Source: a virus (lineage: Duplodnaviria; Caudoviricetes). From it: a DNA stretch of 35,405 bases. The position numbers and the translations under genes were made by a program. The notes under the pieces are model-generated. The model did no database searches and had not been told where the DNA came from. It saw only the letters and a list, made by a program, of their open reading frames with translations. Positions 1 through 8,353 of the stretch are shown piece after piece. Each line of letters opens with the position of its first letter. Position 1 is the stretch's first letter. The stretch spans positions 1 to 35,405 of the IMG/VR virus record IMGVR_UViG_3300042366_000454; one strand, given 5' to 3'.

Positions 1-32
1 TGTGGACAAACTATCCGAACGTGCCATAAATT

Positions 33-305
33 ATGAGCATTGAACAAGTCAGAAACGAACGAGGAGTAAAGCTTACCATGAGCGAGCTAATCGCTGGCGT
101 TGCGCTAATGGTAACAATGTTTTCCGCGCTTAATGGATGGATTGTCCTTCCAGAGCAAATGCGTTCCATCCAAGCTAACGATGCCAAACAAGATGCAAGG
201 ATTGAACTTATCAACAAAGAGAATCAAGAAAGATCGGAGACTTTAGCGCGGATTGACGAGCGCACAAAAAGAATCGAAGATTACTTGAAGTCCAAAGGAT
301 TTTGA
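33..305 (+). CDS. membrane protein, putative holin/lysis accessory (1 TM + coiled coil)
   Basis: Hydrophobic LIAGVALMVTMFSALNGWIVL followed by coiled-coil LARIDERTKRIEDYLK; first gene of a cassette ending in an amidase. Confidence 0.5.
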   Translation: MSIEQVRNERGVKLTMSELIAGVALMVTMFSALNGWIVLPEQMRSIQANDAKQDARIELINKENQERSETLARIDERTKRIEDYLKSKGF

Positions 306-321
306 GATAGATTTAAACCCT

Positions 322-606
322 ATGAAATCACTACTCGCAAAACTGGCTGGATTTTCCAGTGCAATCTTCAACTTCTACGCGCCCATCCTTAAGAGCGTGT
401 TTGCCTCTGGCGCAGCCGCCTTGCTTCCGATTGCTCTTGAGATTGTTCGCTCGCTTGCCGACACAAACAAAACGGGAGCGCAAAAGCGCGAAGCCGCCGT
501 TAAACTTCTTACCCAAAACGCAACGAAACAGGGCATTGATGCCGCTGAAAGCGTTATTCGCTTTACCGTTGAATCCGCCGTCCAAAAACTCAAAACACAA
601 GAATGA
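322..606 (+). CDS. putative holin (LL-H-like)
   Basis: Hydrophobic N-half plus TGAQKREAAVKLL...IRFTVESAVQKLK, resembling the LL-H holin 'G.EK...A' motif; lysis context. Confidence 0.55.
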   Translation: MKSLLAKLAGFSSAIFNFYAPILKSVFASGAAALLPIALEIVRSLADTNKTGAQKREAAVKLLTQNATKQGIDAAESVIRFTVESAVQKLKTQE

Positions 607-941
607 AAGAGAAACTTATCCAATTTTTGGTATCCAAGCTTGGCGGCATTGTCACCCCCATTATCGCCGCTGGCGTAAGCTGGGTTGTGGCCAAGATCGC
701 CTCGTTTGACCCCAACCTTGCAAGCAGCGTTGATCAGACGGCAATCGTCGCCTTTGTGTGGGCTGGCATTATGAGTGGAGTTAATTACTTCACCAATGCC
801 AAGCAAACCCAAGAAGTCAAAAAGATTCAGGCTGTTGTCAATGTTCAACAGGACGGATGGTTCGGCCCAGAAACCTACACGGAAGTCCGCAGGGCTATTC
901 CTGTAAAAAAGAAGCCAACCGTAACCCGCCGCAAGCGGTGA
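603..941 (+). CDS. two-TM holin-like protein with C-terminal peptidoglycan-binding-like motif
   Basis: Two hydrophobic segments; VKKIQAVVNVQQDGWFGPET matches the PG_binding_1 'DGxFGPxT' signature; ATGA overlap with previous gene. Confidence 0.55.
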   Translation: MKEKLIQFLVSKLGGIVTPIIAAGVSWVVAKIASFDPNLASSVDQTAIVAFVWAGIMSGVNYFTNAKQTQEVKKIQAVVNVQQDGWFGPETYTEVRRAIPVKKKPTVTRRKR

Positions 942-1117
942 ACAAACCACTAAACAAGGAGCATCTTCGTGAAATATTCAGAAAACCCCCAGAAAAAGAA
1001 GATGGTCGCCCCTTCCTCGTCCGTCTCCTCGCCTCAATCCAATTCTCTGTTAAAGGGCGGATACAGGGAGGGAAGATTACCAAACACTTCGGAATCAGAG
1101 GTGGAACGGATTTTTAG
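938..1117 (+). CDS. small hypothetical lysis-cassette protein (59 aa)
   Basis: GTG start overlapping the upstream TGA (GTGA); 3' part of track ORF 857..1117. Confidence 0.5.
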   Translation: MNKPLNKEHLREIFRKPPEKEDGRPFLVRLLASIQFSVKGRIQGGKITKHFGIRGGTDF

Positions 1118-1163
1118 GCGTTGGGACATTGGCACTCGCAGTTGCCCTTGGAAAAAATGAGCA

Positions 1164-1760
1164 ATGTGGAACGCGATCTTGAAGCTGTTTGGAAAGAGAT
1201 CAAAAAGTGGCCAGTCACAACCCTTGCCGAACTCTGCATCCGTATTGCCAACACCATCCACACCAAGCGTGAGCGTCAAAAGCTATCCAGAGACAAGAAA
1301 AAACACGCCAAATAAAGGCGGGGCTTTAATCAAGCCAGAGGCAATTGTCCTCCATCACTCTGGAGGTTCTTACGAGGGTGGGGTAAGTTGGATAATGAAC
1401 CCCGCATCCAAGGTAAGCTACCACTGTTTAATCGCCAGAGATGGCCGTAGAACCGTTTTTGCTGATGACCGCATGAGAACATGGCACGCTGGCAGAAGCA
1501 TCTGGAAGGGGCGTCCAGACCTCAATAGCTGGTCGATAGGTGTTAGCTGGGAAGGTGACACATACTTGGAACCCCTTGAGGAAGATGCCATTGCCTCAGC
1601 GATGGAATATATCTTGCCAAGAATGAGGAATTGGAATATTCAACCCAACATGGTTTTAGATCATCGCATGGTCGCTCCGAGCCGCAAGACGGATATTGCG
1701 CCAATGGAATACAGTAGGGTAATTTCAAGAATCCTTAAAGAGTTGTATGTCACAAAATAA
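1164..1760 (+). CDS. endolysin, N-acetylmuramoyl-L-alanine amidase (Amidase_2)
   Basis: IVLHHS, VSYHCLI, TWHAG, NSWSIGVSW, HRMVAPSRKTD Zn-amidase motifs. Confidence 0.93.
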   Translation: MWNAILKLFGKRSKSGQSQPLPNSASVLPTPSTPSVSVKSYPETRKNTPNKGGALIKPEAIVLHHSGGSYEGGVSWIMNPASKVSYHCLIARDGRRTVFADDRMRTWHAGRSIWKGRPDLNSWSIGVSWEGDTYLEPLEEDAIASAMEYILPRMRNWNIQPNMVLDHRMVAPSRKTDIAPMEYSRVISRILKELYVTK

Positions 1761-1899
1761 TCCAAACAAGAAAAAGAAAAAACAACAGAAGCTTAATCAG
1801 GATAGCTGCCCGTATTGTGGAGACAAAAACATTGACAGGGTTTACGTCAAACATGCAGGAACAATGAGAATCTGCAAAAATTGCAGGGAGGAATTTTAA
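1747..1899 (+). CDS. small zinc-ribbon protein (50 aa)
   Basis: Read from DNA, below track cutoff: MSQNNPNKKKKKQQKLNQDSCPYCGDKNIDRVYVKHAGTMRICKNCREEF, with two CxxC; TAATG-coupled to next gene. Confidence 0.7.
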   Translation: MSQNNPNKKKKKQQKLNQDSCPYCGDKNIDRVYVKHAGTMRICKNCREEF

Positions 1900-2168
1900 T
1901 GAAGCACGACGAAAAACTTGAAAAAATATTGAACAAGTTGTGCAATGAGCTTGTCGAATTTTTCGAGTCTGGCTTTGTCGTTGTTACTTACAAAGAAGCG
2001 GACGAAACTAAAAACGCCTTTATCAAATTTGGAAATGACTACACAATCGACGGCCTTATCTCCAACATCCACGACATCATGTATGGACAGGAAGAAGATG
2101 ATGAAGAAGAGGATGATGACGATGACGGCGGCGACTTAAAGAACGTCCTAAAGAAAACCCTTGAGTAA
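1899..2168 (+). CDS. hypothetical protein with acidic C-terminal tract
   Basis: ATG at 1899 overlapping upstream stop; EEDDEEEDDDDDG tract. Confidence 0.7.
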   Translation: MKHDEKLEKILNKLCNELVEFFESGFVVVTYKEADETKNAFIKFGNDYTIDGLISNIHDIMYGQEEDDEEEDDDDDGGDLKNVLKKTLE

Positions 2169-2170
2169 CA

Positions 2171-2392
2171 ATGCCAAAAGCAAAACTTTCATTTAATTTG
2201 CCAGAAGAACAAGACGACTTTCAGCTTGCGTGTCAGGCGCACGATCTTCAATGGGTTGTTACCACGCTTGATTGCGAGCTACGGAGCCATCTTCGTTATA
2301 ATACCCACCCTTCTTGGGATACAACCACTGTCGAAGAAATACGAAAGCTTCTTAATGAAATGATTTTCGATAGAGGCGTATCTATTGAATAA
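2171..2392 (+). CDS. conserved phage hypothetical protein
   Basis: Tightly packed ORF; MPKAKLSFNLPEE N-terminus is of a type common in phage genomes. Confidence 0.7.
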   Translation: MPKAKLSFNLPEEQDDFQLACQAHDLQWVVTTLDCELRSHLRYNTHPSWDTTTVEEIRKLLNEMIFDRGVSIE

Positions 2393-2412
2393 ACACAAAC
2401 AACAACACACAC

Positions 2413-3027
2413 ATGAAAATATATTGCTGTGGCCCAATGACGGGCTACCCCAACTACAACTTCCCCGCATTTTTTGCAGCGGAAGAAAAACTAAAAGAGC
2501 AAGGATTTGAAGTGGTAAATCCAGCAAGACTTGACACAGAAGCAGGATACGACCCAACCCATCCAGATTTTGTTATGGATAAAGAATTTTTAATTGGCGC
2601 GGCCAAGCGTGACCTAATGGGCGTTATTGAAGTTGACGCCATTGCGCTTCTTCCAGAGTGGGAAAAAAGCAAAGGGGCAAATGCCGAGCTTGCCGTAGCC
2701 AAGTGGCTTGGGAAGAAGATATACCTCTACCCGTCAATGGTGGAATACGACCAAGAATCAATCCTCGACAAAGCCAAGCAGATCACTTCGGGCGAGCGTC
2801 AAAAAGATTACGGCCATCCTACGGACAACTTCAGACGCATTGCCGATCTCTGGAATGTTTACTTGAACAACCGCAAGGTTGGCGGCAATATCTCTGTTGA
2901 AGACGTTGCTTGGATGATGGTATTATTGAAGATTGCCAGAGATCAGAACAAAACAACATACGACAATTTGCTGGACAGCATTGGTTATGTCAGGACACTA
3001 GCCATGATTCGCGGACTAGAAAAATAA
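2413..3027 (+). CDS. DUF4406 (nucleoside 2-deoxyribosyltransferase-like) + DUF6378 fusion
   Basis: KIYCCGPMTG..NFPAF..VVNPA..WEKSKGANAE (DUF4406) and SGERQKDYGHPTDNFRRIADLW..LLKIAR..DSIGY (DUF6378). Confidence 0.8.
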   Translation: MKIYCCGPMTGYPNYNFPAFFAAEEKLKEQGFEVVNPARLDTEAGYDPTHPDFVMDKEFLIGAAKRDLMGVIEVDAIALLPEWEKSKGANAELAVAKWLGKKIYLYPSMVEYDQESILDKAKQITSGERQKDYGHPTDNFRRIADLWNVYLNNRKVGGNISVEDVAWMMVLLKIARDQNKTTYDNLLDSIGYVRTLAMIRGLEK

Positions 3028-3028
3028 C

Positions 3029-3796
3029 ATGAACAACACAATCAAGCGCCGTCGCCTGTTTTTTGACATCGAAACATCTCCGAACGTTGTATTTTCTTGG
3101 AGAACTGGATATGAGCTAAGAATCCCCCATGACAACATTTTGGAGGAAAGGGCCATTATCTGCATCTGCTACAAGTGGGAAGGCGAACGCCATGTCCACT
3201 CCCTGACGTGGGACGAAAACCATTGCGATAAAAAGATGGTTAAAGAGTTTGCCGAGATAGCAAATTCCGCCGATGAAATTGTAGGCCACAACGGAGATCG
3301 CTTCGATATGAAGTGGCTCAAGACCCGCTGCCTCTACCACCGCGTTCCCATGTATCCAAAGTATGTAACGCTGGACACCCTAAAGATTGCTCGCAATCAA
3401 TTCTTGTTCAACAGCAACAAGCTTGATTACATTGCCAAATTTTTGGGCTTTGGGGGAAAAATGGAAACAGGAGGTTTTGATCTTTGGAAATCAATCGTTC
3501 TGAACAAGTGCAAGAAAAGCCTTCGCAGAATGGTTGACTACTGCAAGCGGGACGTTGTTCTGCTTGAGCGCGTTTATCAAGAACTCCGCACCTACACCAA
3601 CCATCAATACAACTACGCCGTGGCTTATGGCGGAGAGAAATACGATTGCCCTGATTGCGGTTCTACGGACGTTCATTTGTCCAAGACGCGAACAACAGCC
3701 GCTGGGACAGTCAAGCGTCAAATGATGTGCAAGTGCTGCAACACGTTTTACACGGTTAGCAACAGAGCTTACGAAACTTATCTTTCGGAGAAATAA
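3029..3796 (+). CDS. DEDD/RNase_H_2-family exonuclease with C-terminal Zn ribbon
   Basis: FFDIET, GHNGDRFD, YCKRDV exonuclease motifs; CPDCGS...CKCC. Confidence 0.85.
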   Translation: MNNTIKRRRLFFDIETSPNVVFSWRTGYELRIPHDNILEERAIICICYKWEGERHVHSLTWDENHCDKKMVKEFAEIANSADEIVGHNGDRFDMKWLKTRCLYHRVPMYPKYVTLDTLKIARNQFLFNSNKLDYIAKFLGFGGKMETGGFDLWKSIVLNKCKKSLRRMVDYCKRDVVLLERVYQELRTYTNHQYNYAVAYGGEKYDCPDCGSTDVHLSKTRTTAAGTVKRQMMCKCCNTFYTVSNRAYETYLSEK

Positions 3797-3797
3797 A

Positions 3798-4454
3798 CTA
3801 AGAAGGAAAATCTCTTAGTTGCTCTCCTGTAGAACTATCATAAATTGGCCCACCGCCGTCGCCGGGGTCGTAGGGCCAGTATTCTTCGGCTGCTATTGCG
3901 CCCGGCCCGTATCTTTGCGGAGCGGAACCCGTTCCTGTGTCCACACTAAAACCATAACCCATAGAAAGCTCCTCGCCAAAAAAATCAATAACTCCTCCTT
4001 CAGTCGGCGTGGTTCCTGATGTGTAACTTTTCCAGTAAGAATCTGCCACTACAGAACGGCCTCTTGTTGGAGTTACTAATTCTTGATCAAGAAATTGCAG
4101 CCGAAAATAAGGGTAAAAAAGACTTGTTGACTCTATATAAAGTGTTTGCGACCACCAAATTTCAAAGAAATTAAAGGGGAAATCACCGCCCACAATTTGA
4201 ACGTCGCCTGTTGGCGCGCATACCAAATTTTTTTCTGTGCGTTCGGGATTGAACGGAAAAAAATCCGTGTGTTCTCCTATGGTTACAAGAGACGCATCTT
4301 CAGAGGTTAATTTTATTTTTTTGAGCAACCAATAGAACTTCAGCATTTGGCTTTTTGTTAACCCGATGGGCCAAAGTGTCCCTGCTCCAATGTCCTGTGT
4401 CGTATGATAGGTGGTGCACCACGGAAACAGCCCTAATTGCCTTACGGTCGCCAT
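3798..4454 (-). CDS. hypothetical protein (possible tail-tip component)
   Basis: 218-aa aromatic-rich ORF, last of a closely packed minus-strand trio; function inferred only. Confidence 0.6.
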   Translation of the reverse strand: MATVRQLGLFPWCTTYHTTQDIGAGTLWPIGLTKSQMLKFYWLLKKIKLTSEDASLVTIGEHTDFFPFNPERTEKNLVCAPTGDVQIVGGDFPFNFFEIWWSQTLYIESTSLFYPYFRLQFLDQELVTPTRGRSVVADSYWKSYTSGTTPTEGGVIDFFGEELSMGYGFSVDTGTGSAPQRYGPGAIAAEEYWPYDPGDGGGPIYDSSTGEQLRDFPS

Positions 4455-4460
4455 AGCTTT

Positions 4461-4904
4461 TTACGTTGTTATTTTTTGTGCTGGTATGCGGTATTTTACG
4501 GGTTGGCCATTTTCGCAAACATCAAACTCAACCAGCGGCAATTGTTGTGACGGTCTGGAAGCACTGCCAGACGGGGGCGGAATCTCGTTTCCAATTGGAG
4601 ATTGCGTTATTGATACGCTAGGTATTAGATCAGACTGTAGTGCCGTAGATGAAGAATTTACAGATGAAGAAAATGCAACCTTTTGAGAAATGATTTGATT
4701 TACAAAATCATTTAACGCCTCCCCTAAAAGCTTGTTTCGACCGTCTTGAGAAATTCTCCCGTATTTAACTTCTCTTTTAAGCTGTTTTTCAAATCTTTCA
4801 TTTTCTCTTTCTTGTCTTTTTTCTTGAGCCGTTCCGCGTGTCGCCGTATAGGGATCGTCAGCGGGGGTATTTTTTCCAAAATTTGGATTATTTAACTTAG
4901 ACAT
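4461..4904 (-). CDS. hypothetical protein
   Basis: 147-aa ORF packed 1 nt and 6 nt from its neighbours. Confidence 0.65.
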   Translation of the reverse strand: MSKLNNPNFGKNTPADDPYTATRGTAQEKRQERENERFEKQLKREVKYGRISQDGRNKLLGEALNDFVNQIISQKVAFSSSVNSSSTALQSDLIPSVSITQSPIGNEIPPPSGSASRPSQQLPLVEFDVCENGQPVKYRIPAQKITT

Positions 4905-4905
4905 A

Positions 4906-7263
4906 TTAGGAAAAAATTGAGGCGTCTAAAACTTCGGCATATACCCTTGCATAGCCATATTGATATATTTCTACTCTTGAATCAATAAGATACAAGCCAG
5001 ACCTAGGTATATCGGTTGGCCCAGAAACCGATGGGATTGATGTTGGGCCAGTCCCATTAACCTCTACTGTTTTTGTGTCGGAAACATTTACGCTTGGGAA
5101 GTTGTCTCCAAACCAACCAATTTCAAATGACGCCCCTCCTGAATAATTTTGTTCGCCCGTGTTTTCTATGGTTATTTGTCCATGAATTGATGGAGGAATT
5201 GTTATTGTTACGGTTTGTTGCCCCCTCGCATAAGAACTGCCCTTGCCCGTTGTTCTGTCAGACGAAGAGCTTGTTGGAGAAAAAGATGCAGACGCGCTTG
5301 CTGAGCCTTCTACAGAAACTCTAGCACTTTCTCCAAATGCAGCCAAAACGTGAGAGACTGGCTTAAATATTGGCCACGGCACGGTTGAACCGCCCACCTT
5401 GGTTAATATGTCTTGCAGCGTTACGGGATATGGCAAAAAGAAAAAATAACTGGTTGTTGGGATGTTGTTTGCATAAATTTCCTCCATATCCACAACGAAT
5501 GCTGGAGAAACAGACGCTTGAGAGGATGCTCTTCCGCTTTCAGACCCAGACAAAGACCCGCTCGTTCCAGATGTAAATCCCTCAAAATCACTTGAAAAGC
5601 TTGCATCGTCTTTGCTGCCGTCCCAAATGATTGAAACGGATTTCAATATTTTCGGGAGACTTAAACTTGTTCTTGTTGGAAAGGACAAAAAAACAGCGTC
5701 CAGTTCTGATTTGACAGCATCCAAATCAATTTTGCGAACAATGTCTAAATCTTCAGATAGGGGATCAACAAATGTCGCAGCAGAACCAAGCGATTGGCCA
5801 GACGGCGTTATTTTTTCTTCATAGGGAATTATTATGTTAACACTCGATTCATAATCTTGACCGAGAAGTGTTGGTAGCCCAATATTGTCTCGTGTAACAG
5901 TTGTTTTTCTTGCGGTAAATTTTGTAATCTGCTGCTCGCTTTTTTCAATTTCATTAGAGGCTAACGATGGCATGGAGACGCTGTTTTGCGCCACTGTTTC
6001 TTGTGTTGTTTTTGTTGGCACACTTGCCCTGAACTGTTCTGGCAGCACATCTGGTTTTGACGCAGAAAATGTTTTTGCAGGAAACACTTCTGGAACTTCA
6101 GTTTTTGTGACAACGTAAGTTCCGTCGCCCAACGCTTCGCTCTGTATATCTCTCGTTGCTGTTGGAATTTCGCTTGCGTCTCCATTTTGAAGGGTTTGCG
6201 TTACTGTTGCTAATTGCTTGTCACTGTCTGTTGCTTTTTGTGTTAATGTTTTCGGAAGACTCGTTATGTCTCGATTTGTTTTAGAAATGCGTTTTACGAA
6301 TTTGTTGGTTTGTTGTTCGGACTTTTCTAAATCTCCAGCATTCAATGTTGGGATTGACGCTGTTCCAGCAAGGCTTTCTTGTTCCGTTTTTGACGGAACC
6401 AATATTCTGAATTTTTCTGGAACGGGGTCTGGACGCTGTAATGAAAATGTTTTTGCCGAAAAAACTTCTGGCGCATCAACAATTCTTTCAACGATGGTTT
6501 CAGCGTCTTCTCTTTGTGCTTCTACGGTTTTTGTTGCCGTTGGCTGTGGTGGAGTATATCCACTTACCGCCTTTCTTTGCGTTGTAACGGTTACGAGTTG
6601 GCCGTCACTGTCTGTTGCTCTTCCAATTAATTGCGGGCCGCTAACCCTATATGTTTGAACAACCTTAAAAACCAAAAATTCATTATATGGCTCATATGTT
6701 GTTTGAGTGATTGTTCCGCTTATGTTTTCAAGTGTTCCAACTTCATTGCCTGTTGAAACAATAAGCTGTTTTGATTCTTGAACGGCTCCGCGAGAGGGGT
6801 CATATAAATCCCTCGTGTTAATTGGGAACGAAGGATTAGTTACAGAACCTGAACCGTCACCCCAATTTTCCTCGATCTCAAGAGAGACAATTGCCGAGCC
6901 ATCCCGCCCCTCATAGGTTCTCTTTTGGGTTGTGGCAAGGGATGCTGTTTGCCCTGTGTTGGCTACAGCACGGCGTCTGCCTTGAATTGGGCCAAGGTTT
7001 TCGTCGTAGCGGGTAAACGGAACCCAAGGGCCGGGAAGAATCTCATAAACCCACTCAACCCTTTCGTCGCTTCTGGTTGGTTGCGCTCCAGTAAACACAT
7101 GATTTGGATAGCGTGTGCTATCTGGGTGCGCGGAAAGATCGTCAGGAATCTTGTAGCTATCTACTCTTGGGTCTTTCCTTATTGATATAATTGGATAGGA
7201 TCGGTCGTTATTTGCGTATCCAGAAACGTATGATTTTCCGAGGGGTGGATATTCCGTGGCCAT
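4906..7263 (-). CDS. 785-aa Thr/Ser-rich protein with internal ~126-aa tandem repeats, putative virion/tail protein
   Basis: Long ORF with own promoter; PEVFxAKTFS..PExFR..EKSEQQ and ATDSD motifs each occur twice. Confidence 0.7.
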   Translation of the reverse strand: MATEYPPLGKSYVSGYANNDRSYPIISIRKDPRVDSYKIPDDLSAHPDSTRYPNHVFTGAQPTRSDERVEWVYEILPGPWVPFTRYDENLGPIQGRRRAVANTGQTASLATTQKRTYEGRDGSAIVSLEIEENWGDGSGSVTNPSFPINTRDLYDPSRGAVQESKQLIVSTGNEVGTLENISGTITQTTYEPYNEFLVFKVVQTYRVSGPQLIGRATDSDGQLVTVTTQRKAVSGYTPPQPTATKTVEAQREDAETIVERIVDAPEVFSAKTFSLQRPDPVPEKFRILVPSKTEQESLAGTASIPTLNAGDLEKSEQQTNKFVKRISKTNRDITSLPKTLTQKATDSDKQLATVTQTLQNGDASEIPTATRDIQSEALGDGTYVVTKTEVPEVFPAKTFSASKPDVLPEQFRASVPTKTTQETVAQNSVSMPSLASNEIEKSEQQITKFTARKTTVTRDNIGLPTLLGQDYESSVNIIIPYEEKITPSGQSLGSAATFVDPLSEDLDIVRKIDLDAVKSELDAVFLSFPTRTSLSLPKILKSVSIIWDGSKDDASFSSDFEGFTSGTSGSLSGSESGRASSQASVSPAFVVDMEEIYANNIPTTSYFFFLPYPVTLQDILTKVGGSTVPWPIFKPVSHVLAAFGESARVSVEGSASASASFSPTSSSSDRTTGKGSSYARGQQTVTITIPPSIHGQITIENTGEQNYSGGASFEIGWFGDNFPSVNVSDTKTVEVNGTGPTSIPSVSGPTDIPRSGLYLIDSRVEIYQYGYARVYAEVLDASIFS

Positions 7264-7273
7264 TTACCAAGGA

Positions 7274-7302
7274 ACCATATCTTAAAACATCTTATCAATC
7301 AA
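7274..7302 (-). promoter_or_regulatory. sigma70-type promoter for the 7263 gene
   Basis: Minus strand TTGATT-N17-TATGGT, ending 10 nt before the ATG. Confidence 0.6.
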
Positions 7303-7315
7303 GCACATTTTTTTG

Positions 7316-7343
7316 TTGCAAAGTTAAATCAACAGTGTAATAT
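7316..7343 (+). promoter_or_regulatory. sigma70-type promoter for candidate sRNA
   Basis: TTGCAA-N16-TAATAT; same geometry as TTGCAC-N16-TAACCT at 7441. Confidence 0.5.
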
Positions 7344-7349
7344 TTGTTT

Positions 7350-7415
7350 GTTGTTTTGGTTTTTTCATGGTGTGTGTTGGCGGGGTTGGGCTTAAAACCC
7401 GACCCCGCTTTTTCT
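7350..7415 (+). ncRNA. candidate trans-acting antisense sRNA (G/U-rich seed + terminator)
   Basis: Promoter, then ~30-nt GU-rich stretch containing UUUUUUCAUGGUGUGUGUUG, then an intrinsic terminator; seed is complementary to many phage start-codon regions. Confidence 0.55.
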
Positions 7416-7417
7416 TT
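7380..7417 (+). terminator. intrinsic terminator
   Basis: GCGGGGTTGGG-cttaaaa-CCCGACCCCGC, an 11-bp stem (one G:U) followed by TTTTTCTTT. Confidence 0.85.
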
Positions 7418-7440
7418 AAAAAAAGATTGAACGAATTTTC

Positions 7441-7468
7441 TTGCACCGTGTCTGTATATGCCTAACCT
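7441..7468 (+). promoter_or_regulatory. sigma70-type promoter, near-leaderless transcript
   Basis: TTGCAC-N16-TAACCT ending 8 nt before ATG 7477. Confidence 0.5.
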
Positions 7469-7476
7469 GAAATACT

Positions 7477-8151
7477 ATGGCATTCCAAAATACAAATAAC
7501 AGACCCAAAGACCCGACCCTATACCACAGCGCACTCGTCAAAGACGGCCCCAAGCTTGTCACTGTCATGGGCGCACCGAAGATGGTAAAAAACAACACAC
7601 TCTGCTTGGTAGAGCTTCTTGTTGATGGGGTTAAGCATGTCTATTGGGTTGACACACCAGAGATTAAATCTGGTTTTGAGGCAAATGTTGGGCAACAAGT
7701 CGTTCTTATGGCTTCTGGAAACAGCAAGCAAGGAACGGCGCGAATGGAGTTTCAGTTGGCCGGGGTTCCTGCCACACAGATTCCTCAACCAGCAAAAACG
7801 GTAGCGGTTGCGCCCGTGGTCTCTCAGCCCCAAACGTTCAACGTGGTTGTTCCAGCGCAACAGCCCTCTCAACAAAAATCAGATCGTGATGCAAAAACCT
7901 TCTTGTGCCAAGCGTCCAATCTTATGCGCCTTTGCGTCAAAAAGGCAAACGACATCAAGGTTGAGCTTGGTCTTTCTGACGAACATCGTCAGGGGATTGC
8001 AACCACGCTCTTTATTCAGTCTGATCGCAAGGGATTTATTGACTCCATGCCCGTAAATCCTTATACGCCAGCAGAGCTTGGTTTTGGTGCGAGTAACGCT
8101 CAAAATTTAGCGGAGGCACAGCCGTCAAATGACGAAGACGAAGCCTTCTAA
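7477..8151 (+). CDS. putative ssDNA-binding/recombination protein
   Basis: Beta-rich N-domain, P/Q linker, and acidic C-terminus ending in Phe (NDEDEAF) as in SSBs; near an exonuclease gene. Confidence 0.45.
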   Translation: MAFQNTNNRPKDPTLYHSALVKDGPKLVTVMGAPKMVKNNTLCLVELLVDGVKHVYWVDTPEIKSGFEANVGQQVVLMASGNSKQGTARMEFQLAGVPATQIPQPAKTVAVAPVVSQPQTFNVVVPAQQPSQQKSDRDAKTFLCQASNLMRLCVKKANDIKVELGLSDEHRQGIATTLFIQSDRKGFIDSMPVNPYTPAELGFGASNAQNLAEAQPSNDEDEAF

Positions 8152-8353
8152 TTGGAAGGTTCAAAAGTATAACAACGGAAGCTTTTATGTGCCGTCGCGC
8201 CGTAATATCCACGAAGGCTACATTGTTGACACAACAGAATCCCCTTGGACTTGCTGTTGTGATAGCTACATGTTCCGCCACCGTAGAGACAAAAACCACG
8301 AGTGCTGGCATATAAAATACATCAAAAAACTGTTAGGAGTTAAATCAACATGA
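8129..8353 (+). CDS. SWIM zinc-finger protein
   Basis: WTCCCDSY...ECWHI fits CxC-xn-CxH. Confidence 0.7.
   Translation: MTKTKPSNWKVQKYNNGSFYVPSRRNIHEGYIVDTTESPWTCCCDSYMFRHRRDKNHECWHIKYIKKLLGVKST

Noticed and set aside
2090-2130. GAA/GAT triplet run
   Set aside because: Simply encodes the acidic tract of the 1899..2168 protein.
4906-7263. Diversity-generating retroelement TR/VR pair
   Set aside because: The repeats are diverged in-frame protein repeats without adenine-specific mismatches, and no reverse transcriptase is present in the window.
7324-7368. Minus-strand 14-aa ORF MKKPKQQTNITLLI with a perfect ACACACC-ATG leader
   Set aside because: Not called as a CDS: it is very short, and the flanking promoter and U-tailed terminator point to plus-strand transcription. 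It remains the main alternative to the sRNA model.
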